Of a DNA stretch of 64,000 nt, positions 48,658 through 58,178 are shown piece after piece. The stretch is from an uncultured virus (IMG/VR IMGVR_UViG_3300038312_000396) (taxonomy: Duplodnaviria; Heunggongvirae; Uroviricota; Caudoviricetes). The notes beneath the pieces were generated by a model. The model did not search any database. It was given only the letters and a program-made list of their open reading frames with translations, and was not told where the DNA came from. Position numbers and translations under genes: made by a program. The stretch is from IMG/VR virus record IMGVR_UViG_3300038312_000396; one strand, 5' to 3'. The number at the start of each line of letters is the position of its first letter. Position 1 is the first letter of the stretch.

Positions 48658-48694
48658 AGCGAGGTAGTCTACCTTGTTAAGTAGGCTACCTTGC
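48658..48694 (-). terminator. Terminator hairpin after ParM-like gene
   Basis: GCGAGGTAGTCTAC...GTAGGCTACCTTGC. Confidence 0.65.
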
Positions 48695-48707
48695 CTATTT
48701 TAATGAA

Positions 48708-49892
48708 TTATTTGTTAGTTGTTTTTTCTTTAGTACACAGCACTATCCAACACCCGTCTGCATCTGCAAATCTCGGTTTGCTATGTACTAGAACCTCTGT
48801 AAACGGAGCATTAACTTTAACGTAATCAGATAAGTATGATGTTGTACTTAGTATAATACGTTCTTCTTCCTCTTTAACGTATTTACCCTCTAGTGCCCCA
48901 CCACCTACACAAACTACTGCGGTCAATTCAGGTAAAGCCTGTGAAATTTGTGTCAAATATCTCTTAATTGTATCCATTAACTGCAAAGAGAATTTACGCT
49001 TGACTTCCTCTACAAGTTCAGGTACACTGACAATCTTTGATCCTATGTCTACTTTACCTGTCTTTATGGCTTGTTCTGCGGCATTAACGCTTATTCTGAA
49101 TCTGTAACGTTTGTACAACTCTGAAATTAATAATTCTCTTATCGTGTTTCCACCGATCGGGAATGTGTCTTTTGATCCTTTAACAAATTGCATGTTATTA
49201 AACAAGGCAACGTCAGTAGTTCCTGCACCGATGTTTACAACTAAGTATTTACCCTTGCTTAAAAACCCTGCAATGTCTTTGCGACTTCCATTCATCCCAA
49301 ATGTCATTGAAATTGAAGAAGCAAAACACTCACCAACAGGATAGTTTTTCATTATGTTCACCTTAACATCATTACCTAACATGTGGCAACCAATCAAACA
49401 TTCGTCAAGTGCATCCTTATCCAGCTCAACGTCAGCTAAAGGTAAGCATGTTCCTAATACTACTTCAAGTTCAGATGCCCCTGTTATTTTTGCTATTCTG
49501 TACAGCAATGAAAAAATAGAATAGTATGTGGTTGCTTGTTCGGCTTTTGAACCTGTTGTAGGTCTTACTACATCATGTTCGTGCTGAATTACTACGTCTG
49601 AACCCCCGTGTACCCTCACAGGTAACCCTAAAAATTCTTTCAAACTATCATTTTCTGAATCCAGAGTGAATACCACCGATTTAGGTATTCCGGCAGTATT
49701 GATGTCTATTACCTCTGTGTCCGGTATAATAATGTCTTCTTCTCCATACCCATCTTTTAAATTCTTTGAAATATAAAATTCGTTGTTCTGCTCCATTGGA
49801 TTATGCGCTGATACTGTCCCCCAGTTTGCCTTTGTCATGCTATTCCCCGTGTCTACTGCAAGTAAAATTCTTTTTCTAACGCCCATTCTCAC
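48708..49892 (-). CDS. ParM/StbA-like actin ATPase
   Basis: Phosphate-1 LAVDTGNSMTK, phosphate-2 VNIGAGTTD, adenosine VGGGA, PRFADADG. Confidence 0.85.
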   Translation of the reverse strand: MRMGVRKRILLAVDTGNSMTKANWGTVSAHNPMEQNNEFYISKNLKDGYGEEDIIIPDTEVIDINTAGIPKSVVFTLDSENDSLKEFLGLPVRVHGGSDVVIQHEHDVVRPTTGSKAEQATTYYSIFSLLYRIAKITGASELEVVLGTCLPLADVELDKDALDECLIGCHMLGNDVKVNIMKNYPVGECFASSISMTFGMNGSRKDIAGFLSKGKYLVVNIGAGTTDVALFNNMQFVKGSKDTFPIGGNTIRELLISELYKRYRFRISVNAAEQAIKTGKVDIGSKIVSVPELVEEVKRKFSLQLMDTIKRYLTQISQALPELTAVVCVGGGALEGKYVKEEEERIILSTTSYLSDYVKVNAPFTEVLVHSKPRFADADGCWIVLCTKEKTTNK

Positions 49893-50015
49893 AACACCCC
49901 TTTTAATTTAACTTATTATAATGCGTCAAAACTTATTTCCTTACTACCACTGTCTTTATTCTTCTACAGGTACTGAAAATACTTAGTTCAGTCCAGGAAT
50001 ATTCTTAACAAAGTG

Positions 50016-50050
50016 AAACAACTACCCTTTTATTTTAAAGGTAGTTGTTT
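50016..50050 (-). terminator. Rho-independent terminator
   Basis: AAACAACTACC...GGTAGTTGTTT. Confidence 0.7.
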
Positions 50051-50073
50051 ATTCTAATAAAATGTAGAAAACC

Positions 50074-51105
50074 CTATTTAACTTTGTCTAATATCTCCTT
50101 AACAGTATCTGAATACCCCTCTTCCAATTCCTTTAAAACTCTATCCTTTACCTTATTTGTCCTTGCTTTCACCCTATTTGCTTTTTGATTTTTCAGTCGC
50201 CTTGCAGTCTCTTTTTTAGCTATACGTCTCTGTTTACGAGTCATTTTCCTGTCGGCATTTTCTATTCTGCGTAATAGCGAATCTATATTTATGTATTTAT
50301 CGTTCAGGTATTCTTCATCTTCATCTTCATCTTCAAAGGTATTTTCTACAGTTGTTTTACCTCTGTAGTGTACTTGTTCGTTACCCTTTTTTATATTTAT
50401 TACAACTTTTTTCCCAAAGTCAATATCTCCAACTTCATTACCTTTTTCCATTTCTTCTGTGACATCCTCTACTGCGGCATGAGTAGTTATAAATTGATCG
50501 GGGTAATTGATTTCATTTTTATTTTCTTCCTCACCTTTATACTTGTCTAGTGTTATCCTAAAACTCCCAGCCTCTTTATCGTAAACAAAATCTGTCTTAA
50601 TAAAATTAAACTTCTGTATATACTCATTTAGAAGTTTAGTAGATTCTGTGTTATCACTCTCTGCCTTTAATTCAAAATCTAACCCCAAATCCACATTCTC
50701 ACAACTTATTAATATCTCTCTTAACTCAGAATCTAATTCTTCTATCGGATCATATTCAAAAGTGCTGAAATAGTTTTCTGTTGCGTACTTCTGTCTTATT
50801 TTACTGTCTTCGATATATTCCATAGCCGAGGTTGAAACCATTGTGACTATATCTGTATTATAGGTTGACACTATACTCTTTAGCTGTCTTTGAAAAAAAT
50901 CTTCTAACCCCTTAACCGCTACCCCTGCTGTCCCGAATAATACTATGTAAATAACAACCTTTTCCTCTACACCCTCTTGTGCCACAGACTTAATTTTGTT
51001 GTGCAATAACTTAAACTTATTTGTTACATAGTTAGGTACTACATAATTTTTGTTTAATAGCTGGCTTATCTTCATTTCAGTGTTTTCAACATACATCAAT
51101 ATCAT
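50074..51105 (-). CDS. Hypothetical protein, last gene of Tad operon
   Basis: 343 aa, acidic middle, basic C-terminus. Confidence 0.65.
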   Translation of the reverse strand: MILMYVENTEMKISQLLNKNYVVPNYVTNKFKLLHNKIKSVAQEGVEEKVVIYIVLFGTAGVAVKGLEDFFQRQLKSIVSTYNTDIVTMVSTSAMEYIEDSKIRQKYATENYFSTFEYDPIEELDSELREILISCENVDLGLDFELKAESDNTESTKLLNEYIQKFNFIKTDFVYDKEAGSFRITLDKYKGEEENKNEINYPDQFITTHAAVEDVTEEMEKGNEVGDIDFGKKVVINIKKGNEQVHYRGKTTVENTFEDEDEDEEYLNDKYINIDSLLRRIENADRKMTRKQRRIAKKETARRLKNQKANRVKARTNKVKDRVLKELEEGYSDTVKEILDKVK

Positions 51106-51116
51106 AGTAACTCACC

Positions 51117-51911
51117 TTACCTTGCTGTATAATAAAGATTTGAATACTCAAACACGCCTGACGCCCCATAACTCCCTGTAAAAAACCTTGTTAAGTTGTG
51201 TGAAAACGGAATTATATAATTTAATTTAATTTTTATATTATAAACTACAATAGTCCTCGGTGCATTTGCAAACCCATGTATAGTGTCTAATGTATTGCCT
51301 GATGTCCCATCCCCAGATAAAAATTTCTTATAGAAATCACTTGTCTGACCGTATACTTTTCTGCTTATTATTAAATTAGAACCCTCTATAAGCGGTGTTT
51401 TTATAACCTCTATATATGAATTTGCTAATTTGTTTTGTGAAGTGTAATTTGTATACCCTGAGTATCTCGATTCATTTATATAATGTCCTGTTCCATCCTT
51501 TACCGTACCTAATGAATTGTACTGCATTGTAAACTTTAATTTAGGGTAAAACCGCCCCTTAAACTGTTCTTTAGGTAAAAAAGAAAGACCTAATTGTTGT
51601 GGAGCGGGTTTAACTGTAGTGATATTATCAAAAGTGTCAAATACACTCTCCCAATCACTTGTACTACCCTCTATGTACCCTCTTAAAGCAATAAAATCAG
51701 TTTTCGCTATCGTGTTTGCGTACCAATTAGTATCCTCTAACCACTGTTCACACTCTAATATAGCACTCTCAAACGCCATATCAGTAGATATATCAAGCAT
51801 ACTTATACTTAGTCTTAAATGAATGTACTCTGTGATTCCTAAATATCCCGCTAAAAAGAATGTCGCTAACAACATCCCCACTATTATTCTCTTTAAAATG
51901 TCATACACCAT
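51117..51911 (-). CDS. TadE/TadG-like minor pilin
   Basis: Single N-terminal TM then amphipathic helix; position in Tad operon. Confidence 0.55.
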   Translation of the reverse strand: MVYDILKRIIVGMLLATFFLAGYLGITEYIHLRLSISMLDISTDMAFESAILECEQWLEDTNWYANTIAKTDFIALRGYIEGSTSDWESVFDTFDNITTVKPAPQQLGLSFLPKEQFKGRFYPKLKFTMQYNSLGTVKDGTGHYINESRYSGYTNYTSQNKLANSYIEVIKTPLIEGSNLIISRKVYGQTSDFYKKFLSGDGTSGNTLDTIHGFANAPRTIVVYNIKIKLNYIIPFSHNLTRFFTGSYGASGVFEYSNLYYTAR

Positions 51912-51926
51912 ACTCTACCACCCACC

Positions 51927-52382
51927 TCAATTCTTAAATCTTCTTAGGCAAGGTACAACCCTATCAAATCTTAAGTTAAATGTTTTAGAGAATGTACCGA
52001 ATGTGGTAAATACATTTGTTTTAAAAGGCACTACAAAAGTATAACTACAAGTACTGCCGTAATTTCTCCCATTTCTGCCTGTAAGTAATGCAGGATTCTC
52101 AAAATAAAATCCTGCTATGCCTAAAGTGTCTAAATTATCGAATACACATGTTGATGAAGATAAGTAATCTAAGTTAGCTCTGCCAGTAAAAGAAATCGCA
52201 ACATCTCTTTCTATATAATTCATAGACGAAAGTGCCCTGTCAAATAACTGTAGATTCGTGGCTACAGTAAATTCACAATATAACCACATCCCTAAATAAA
52301 ATAAAATAGACACTAATACCCCTAATATGTTTAATTTTAAGATGATTGATACTACTGTCCAAGGTAGTTTTGAAATACGCAA
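51927..52382 (-). CDS. TadE-like minor pilin
   Basis: TTG start at 52382 after GGGGTG RBS; N-terminal TM; C-terminal beta strands. Confidence 0.55.
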   Translation of the reverse strand: MRISKLPWTVVSIILKLNILGVLVSILFYLGMWLYCEFTVATNLQLFDRALSSMNYIERDVAISFTGRANLDYLSSSTCVFDNLDTLGIAGFYFENPALLTGRNGRNYGSTCSYTFVVPFKTNVFTTFGTFSKTFNLRFDRVVPCLRRFKN

Positions 52383-52405
52383 GTTATCACCCCATGTTAA
52401 AAAAA

Positions 52406-52426
52406 TAGGGAAGTTTGACTTCCCTA
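52406..52426 (-). terminator. Terminator after pilin gene
   Basis: TAGGGAAG/CTTCCCTA + T-tract. Confidence 0.7.
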
Positions 52427-52452
52427 ACTGCAAATTATACTATATTATGTCT

Positions 52453-52647
52453 TTACCAAGTGTCAAAGAAGTTTGCCGTGCCTGTCAAACTTTGTATCTT
52501 GTCGTTAATAAAGTCTATCACGGCATTAATCCCATTTTGTAACAAGCCACCTGTACCATCACCTGCTGATCCTAAAACAAGTATCCCCAAAAACCCTACG
52601 GCAGCAATGACTACAACTGCAATAATAATTTTTCCGAATTTACCCAT
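52453..52647 (-). CDS. Putative major (Flp-like) pilin, 64 aa
   Basis: AAGGAG RBS; MGKFGKIIIAVVVIAAVGFLGILVLG hydrophobic helix + amphipathic tail; directly after tadC. Confidence 0.6.
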   Translation of the reverse strand: MGKFGKIIIAVVVIAAVGFLGILVLGSAGDGTGGLLQNGINAVIDFINDKIQSLTGTANFFDTW

Positions 52648-52728
52648 GTTTAAATACTCCTTTCTCTGGTGTGATCTCACATCCATACTCTCTATACTTT
52701 TTTGTCTTAATTTATAACTCTTTTAATG

Positions 52729-53694
52729 CTATTTGTTAATATAGTCATACATAAAAGGTAGGTTGGAAAATGCGGTAAGTAGTGCCAACTCCACAAGAAT
52801 TAAGTAAACAAGTTTTACCGCTATTTCTCCCCTTTCTAATATTTTTTCTGACTTATTTTTTATGTTCTGTTTTTTACGCTGTAATAACTCTTCTTTAAAC
52901 GAAGCTAAACGATCTAAATTGTTAATTCCCATTAATCTCTGTTCTACTAACGCTGCAAAGTTCACGACTAAGGACGAGGTATTATACCTACTCTTTAAAT
53001 ACCTTGTTGCCAACAACTCACCATACTGTGTTAAAAAAGTTAAGTACGTACGTACAAAATGTGCCATTTCATTTAGTTCAGGATTATTTTTCTTTGTAAC
53101 CTGTATTCGATCTTCTAACACTGTTAGATATGTTCCAACAACGTCTTTTAACACCGATCCAGTTGGTGACACAATAGCAGAATAAACCATCAAATAGAAG
53201 TCTGAAAATTGATTCGCTAGTGCTTTATCTTTAGTGTCCATTAACACATCAAATATTGATTGGTATGCAAAAAAACATACAAGTCCAGCCCCAAGTATAA
53301 AAGGCATAAAAACCCTAAATAGTCCTATTGTCTCTAAAAACAATACCAACATTATTGATACAGCTAACAGTACAACAGTTAGCCCCTTAAACTCATAGAC
53401 ATCCAATATCTTTCCAAACGCTTCTATTTGAAGTCTTTTTAACGAGTTTTCAGCAATATCGTATTTTACTGTTCCCTCTTTTATATTACTATGTCTACCC
53501 AACCAAGCAAAAACTTCAATAACTTTTTCTTGCTTCTTCTTCCTTTTTTCTTCACGTACCCTTGCGGAAACCTTATTTTTTAATATAGTCCCTGTTTTGT
53601 CACTCTTAAACAAGCCTGCAAGCCTTAAAAAGAGATATAATGTGTATAACACAACAAGTATCATTATAAATTTAATTAACCCCACATTCGTCAC
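52729..53694 (-). CDS. tadC: TadC-like assembly platform protein
   Basis: TM - soluble - 2 TM - T2SSF-like helical domain - TM; follows TadB-like gene. Confidence 0.6.
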   Translation of the reverse strand: MTNVGLIKFIMILVVLYTLYLFLRLAGLFKSDKTGTILKNKVSARVREEKRKKKQEKVIEVFAWLGRHSNIKEGTVKYDIAENSLKRLQIEAFGKILDVYEFKGLTVVLLAVSIMLVLFLETIGLFRVFMPFILGAGLVCFFAYQSIFDVLMDTKDKALANQFSDFYLMVYSAIVSPTGSVLKDVVGTYLTVLEDRIQVTKKNNPELNEMAHFVRTYLTFLTQYGELLATRYLKSRYNTSSLVVNFAALVEQRLMGINNLDRLASFKEELLQRKKQNIKNKSEKILERGEIAVKLVYLILVELALLTAFSNLPFMYDYINK

Positions 53695-53707
53695 AAAACC
53701 ACCACCC

Positions 53708-54664
53708 TTATAAATCTGTTGACTTAATTATTGCAAGGTATGACATTACAAAAGTAATTATTGCTATATCAAATATCACTAAAATCTTTCCTATTACAGT
53801 GTTTACCATAAACTTTCCAATTGCAGGATTTCCAAGTATAAGTATAAAACCACCACCAATTATTACTGCTGTTGCCACTATAAACTCCATACGTAACTTG
53901 TTAAATACAGCGTTTATCTCTCCCCTTAATTCTCTTTTAATCGCATGTAACACAACTATCTCTGAAAATAGTTCCACCATTCCCTGTTTTTCCGATATTT
54001 CATAATGTAGGGCTTTTTCTGCAAAGTCATCAAACGTACTACCTAAAGCATAATTCAGTTCAAGTAGCGCCTCAGCAAAAGGCATGTTCTTTTCCCTTTT
54101 CATCAAAAAATCAACAAACTCCGATTTGATTGATCTGTCAAATGAATTATAATAAGTTCTAATTGAATTCTCTACCCCGCTTTTTATATCTGATACTATT
54201 AAGTCAATGGCGTTCATTATTGAGTTTTCTCTTTTCTCCTTTAAAGATGAAGCACTAACTTTAAGTAACAAAAATAACATCTTTTTAATTAACCAAAACA
54301 ACGGAAGTGCTAACACTAAGCTCATATCCAATAGTATACAGATGCCAATTGATGTAAATAAGGAAAATAGGTTATGTAAGAATTTAAAAGATGAAACTGT
54401 AATGCCTTTTTTCTTCCAACCTAATACAGTCAATATATCGTCATATTTTCTGTATTTCGCAATAGTCTTTTTATTCTGATAAATAAGCATATCACGCTGT
54501 ATTTTCTTTTCAGCCCTATAGTTGTATTCTCCAACCTTTGTTAACATACCGCCCCAAGACGGTAATTTAACGTTTTCTTTAAACAGAAAAATTATACAAC
54601 TACCAGTTACTAGCACCATTAAAGCCCGTATAATGTTATATTCTAACATCGACATGTTTAACAC
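53708..54664 (-). CDS. tadB: TadB-like assembly platform protein
   Basis: AIDLIVSDIKSG...EF...PFAEAL.EL; C-terminal NTVIGKI TM pair. Confidence 0.7.
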   Translation of the reverse strand: MLNMSMLEYNIIRALMVLVTGSCIIFLFKENVKLPSWGGMLTKVGEYNYRAEKKIQRDMLIYQNKKTIAKYRKYDDILTVLGWKKKGITVSSFKFLHNLFSLFTSIGICILLDMSLVLALPLFWLIKKMLFLLLKVSASSLKEKRENSIMNAIDLIVSDIKSGVENSIRTYYNSFDRSIKSEFVDFLMKREKNMPFAEALLELNYALGSTFDDFAEKALHYEISEKQGMVELFSEIVVLHAIKRELRGEINAVFNKLRMEFIVATAVIIGGGFILILGNPAIGKFMVNTVIGKILVIFDIAIITFVMSYLAIIKSTDL

Positions 54665-54830
54665 TCCCTAATTTACTTGTTAATTGTTTCTTTAAGCATT
54701 TTCCACACAAATTAACTTTCTCTAATTCAACTTCACTCTGTATGCTTGTGTACACTATGTTGCCACAACAAGTACATTTCTTCTTTTGCCGTGTTTTATG
54801 GTTTTCTTTATATATCGTCTGTCCACTCAT
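54636..54830 (-). CDS. Small zinc-finger protein within Tad operon
   Basis: CTCC...CGKC; bridges tadA and tadB with overlaps. Confidence 0.45.
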   Translation of the reverse strand: MSGQTIYKENHKTRQKKKCTCCGNIVYTSIQSEVELEKVNLCGKCLKKQLTSKLGSVKHVDVRI

Positions 54831-56325
54831 AAGACTCTTCCTTGTTTTCGTCTAATTTTAAATATGTTTCCAATTTAACTCTCGGTACACCAGCAAGAAA
54901 TAGTTCATCCCTCATTTCATCAGATATTACCCCGCACTGTTTATGTACACCACAAATTTCTTTAATTCCAATACCGTCTTCCTCGAATATTGTAACTCCG
55001 CTTGGTACAAACCTAAATATTGTGTTCATTAGCGGTTTATTAGTTGTAACATCATACCCTTTCACTTCTGTAATACTCATGATCTTACGTGTACCATCTC
55101 TTAATTTCTTCTGAATTATTATAAAGTCTAATGCGTCACAAACCTGATCCATTGCCCTTGATATATCCATGTTTGATGCTGTAGCAACTTCACTTGCAAA
55201 TCTCTTCATAGCTTCTGCTTCTGTGTCTGCGTGGAAACTACTCCAAACCAAGTGTCCCGTTGACATTTCCCTAAGTAATTCCGCAAATTCTTCTGGTCTT
55301 CTTGCTTCACCAACAATAATAAGCTCTGGTGTGAAACGTAAACTATGAGAATTAAGATTTTTCATTAAAGGATAACTGTCTGTAGTTCCTGCTACGGTGT
55401 CTTTTGCTTCCCATAATACCGTATTATTTATTATGTTCCCTGCTTCATCCCTTATTCGGTTATCTATTTCAGTAGGGTTCTGAATTATCAATGTCCTACA
55501 ACGTACTTCTTTCGCCATAATATCTAAATTTACAGTTTTACCTGATCCTGTGCTGCCTACGCAAAATATTTTATTTTCTGATCCTGCAATTATCTTTAAA
55601 AATCTAACCATGTCAACGGATAACGATTTATACCTCACTAATGTTTTAAATGTTAGTTTTGATTTTTTTACTTTTCTTATAACTGCGGTGTACGTACTGT
55701 TATCGTACGGTGGTAAACTTGGTGGGCATACGCTTTTATCTGTAACGGCAATACGATATCCTTGTGGTGTCCTACTGTTAACAAGTGCATTACTAGGTGT
55801 TATACGTGTTTCAGCATAACTTCCAGCAAGTTTATTAAGTATAGTCAACATTTCTTCATCATTTGCAAACCCATAGGGTACGCCATTCTTATCTACGTAC
55901 CGTTTAAATACCCCTTTACCGTTCTCTTGTGCTTCATAAAATATAGCATTAAGATCGTTTAGTTGAATTTCCCCAACACTTTCATCCCTTAATAATGCAG
56001 TTAAAACACCATATTCAGTTAAGTCAATAATTAAATCTTCTACTAACTTAGCAACATTTCTTACACCAAATTGCACATATCCTTTTACAGAATAGTCGGT
56101 TATTGTCACAAAGTCAGTTATGATAGATGCGTCTATGTCCCTTTTTTCTTGAACAGACTTATTGTAGTAGTCGGTTGACATTTCTGATGTACGCTTCAAA
56201 AGATATTCTCTGCACTTTCTTGAATATTCTAAATATTCAATCATATCTATGTTATCAGTAGTTAACCCCATATCTGCAACACCATATTTTTGTTGGTTTT
56301 GTAACACCTTGTTAAGATTTAACAT
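54808..56325 (-). CDS. tadA: CpaF/TadA pilus assembly ATPase
   Basis: YGVLTALL.D..V.EI, Walker A GSTGSGKT, LRFTPELIIVGEAR, TGH...SFHA, DGTRKIMSITEV. Confidence 0.92.
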   Translation of the reverse strand: MLNLNKVLQNQQKYGVADMGLTTDNIDMIEYLEYSRKCREYLLKRTSEMSTDYYNKSVQEKRDIDASIITDFVTITDYSVKGYVQFGVRNVAKLVEDLIIDLTEYGVLTALLRDESVGEIQLNDLNAIFYEAQENGKGVFKRYVDKNGVPYGFANDEEMLTILNKLAGSYAETRITPSNALVNSRTPQGYRIAVTDKSVCPPSLPPYDNSTYTAVIRKVKKSKLTFKTLVRYKSLSVDMVRFLKIIAGSENKIFCVGSTGSGKTVNLDIMAKEVRCRTLIIQNPTEIDNRIRDEAGNIINNTVLWEAKDTVAGTTDSYPLMKNLNSHSLRFTPELIIVGEARRPEEFAELLREMSTGHLVWSSFHADTEAEAMKRFASEVATASNMDISRAMDQVCDALDFIIIQKKLRDGTRKIMSITEVKGYDVTTNKPLMNTIFRFVPSGVTIFEEDGIGIKEICGVHKQCGVISDEMRDELFLAGVPRVKLETYLKLDENKEESYEWTDDI

Positions 56326-57233
56326 CTACTTAATACCCCGCTTTTTTCTTTATTTTTATTTTTCTTTTCTTTCTTCTCTTTCTTTTCTTTCCTAACTTCA
56401 TTCACTTCTTTTATGTCTTGTTTTTTAGCAGTGTCTTCTGAATTACTTATTCCTACCATATCTTGAACGATAGCATTTATGCCTTGCGCTACCATAGTGT
56501 CAATCTTTTTCACAGATTCTATTTCCCCTATTACTTTCCCTCTCCATGCTCCTTTAAGTACGGTTTCACTAAAAGGTATAGACGTGATTAATCTTAAAGA
56601 TTTATTGTTAAACAATTTAATAGGTAACTCAATGTTCGTTCTCTTGTTAATTACAACCTTTAATATTTTTGATGGTAAAGTGCCTAACTCCATCATGTAA
56701 GACATAAAATTTGTACAGTTCGATACACATATAGGATTTTCATCCCATATTTGATAAATCGAATCACAACCTATAAAAGCAGCAGCGTTTAACTCTGTAG
56801 GTACTGTATTAACGTCTAAAATAACAAAATCAAATGCTGACTTACACTTTTCAAGTAAATACCGCATTTGTTTTTGTGAATCTCTTGGAGATATCATGTC
56901 TATTATTTTCCTACCTTTTGCCGATAATACAAACAAGTTCTCGAAACGTGATTTAAGTATGATATCCTTAATCTCAACTTCACTCATAGAAAGTAAATCA
57001 TACTTTGCAGACTTATATACCCTCTGATCTAACAAGTATAAATACCCAGATGGGAAAACTATATTAGTATCTATGTAACACACACTGTATCCGCTTTTTG
57101 CTAACGTAACCGCTACTGATGCGGCTATAGTTGTAGTCCCAGTTCCCCCTGTTGGAGATATAAAGCCGATAACCGATCTTAGTACAATTTCCCTTTTTGC
57201 ACTTGTACCCGATATTTCTTGCAATATTGCCAT
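56319..57233 (-). CDS. CpaE/TadZ MinD-like ATPase
   Basis: FISPTGGTGTTTIA, FDFVILD, VVINK; upstream of tadA. Confidence 0.8.
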   Translation of the reverse strand: MAILQEISGTSAKREIVLRSVIGFISPTGGTGTTTIAASVAVTLAKSGYSVCYIDTNIVFPSGYLYLLDQRVYKSAKYDLLSMSEVEIKDIILKSRFENLFVLSAKGRKIIDMISPRDSQKQMRYLLEKCKSAFDFVILDVNTVPTELNAAAFIGCDSIYQIWDENPICVSNCTNFMSYMMELGTLPSKILKVVINKRTNIELPIKLFNNKSLRLITSIPFSETVLKGAWRGKVIGEIESVKKIDTMVAQGINAIVQDMVGISNSEDTAKKQDIKEVNEVRKEKKEKKEKKNKNKEKSGVLSRC

Positions 57234-57244
57234 GTAATCACCTC

Positions 57245-58156
57245 TTATTGATCTACGTCTACATTAAGAACCTCATTCTGTACAGCTTTTACACGCTCTA
57301 CAATATCAGATAGATACTCTAGTATTATAGAGTCTGTACGAGGAAGTAATGTGATTGTGTACTCCGGACTTTTTGCTTTTATTAAAGTGTATTTCTCTAT
57401 CTCTTCTGCTGTCAAACTAAATAAGAACGAGTCAGGTGTGATACTAGACTTAAACTCTGATGATTGTATTATTTTTTCCCTCTCCGCTTCTGGTTTCGAC
57501 ATTAATTCGTAAAACACATCAAATATAGATTCTCCAGAACCATTCAACATGTCAATGACAACAATCTCATTAAATAACATATCTGAAACAGTGATCTTTG
57601 GGGGTGTGTACCCACTTGTTAAGAGTACCAATTCTTCTGGTGGTAAGTTAAGATCATCTTCTTGATATGTAGCTCTGACATTAATTATGTCTCCCGGAAT
57701 CAATATCTCTCCAAACAGTCCTGCATCAGCGTCAAATTTTAATAATTCTTTGTTATTCATTTTATACAAATATGGATTACGGTTTTCTTTATTCTGTACT
57801 AAACTGTCCCAAAACAATACCGTCTTTTCCCTTAAATAGTAAGCCGCATAATTTCCTATTACTTGATCCCGTTCTTCCCACAATGCAACCGCTCTTTTTG
57901 TTTCTCCGTTTAACTCAAATGTGCCGTATTGATTAAATTCTTTTAAATACATATCATAAGGTTCAATTGTTTTATCAGTTATTAACTCCGATACCCCTAC
58001 TGCATTTTTTACTCTAACAACTTTTACAGTCTTCTGTATTTCCTTATCAGCTTTTGTCAACCACGATCCCAGTATAAATAAAACAACTATAGACAATAAA
58101 ACTGACAGTATCCTTATGAATGGTTTACTCTGCGGATTTAAAGATTTTACTTTCAT
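57245..58156 (-). CDS. CpaB/RcpC-like SAF-domain protein
   Basis: N-terminal TM, VKVVRVK...LIT SAF pattern, LIPGDIINV; first gene of Tad operon. Confidence 0.75.
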   Translation of the reverse strand: MKVKSLNPQSKPFIRILSVLLSIVVLFILGSWLTKADKEIQKTVKVVRVKNAVGVSELITDKTIEPYDMYLKEFNQYGTFELNGETKRAVALWEERDQVIGNYAAYYLREKTVLFWDSLVQNKENRNPYLYKMNNKELLKFDADAGLFGEILIPGDIINVRATYQEDDLNLPPEELVLLTSGYTPPKITVSDMLFNEIVVIDMLNGSGESIFDVFYELMSKPEAEREKIIQSSEFKSSITPDSFLFSLTAEEIEKYTLIKAKSPEYTITLLPRTDSIILEYLSDIVERVKAVQNEVLNVDVDQ

Positions 58157-58178
58157 GTGATCCCCCTCAAATACATTT

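Noticed and set aside
49893..50015. parC centromere upstream of ParM-like gene
   Set aside because: No convincing direct-repeat array
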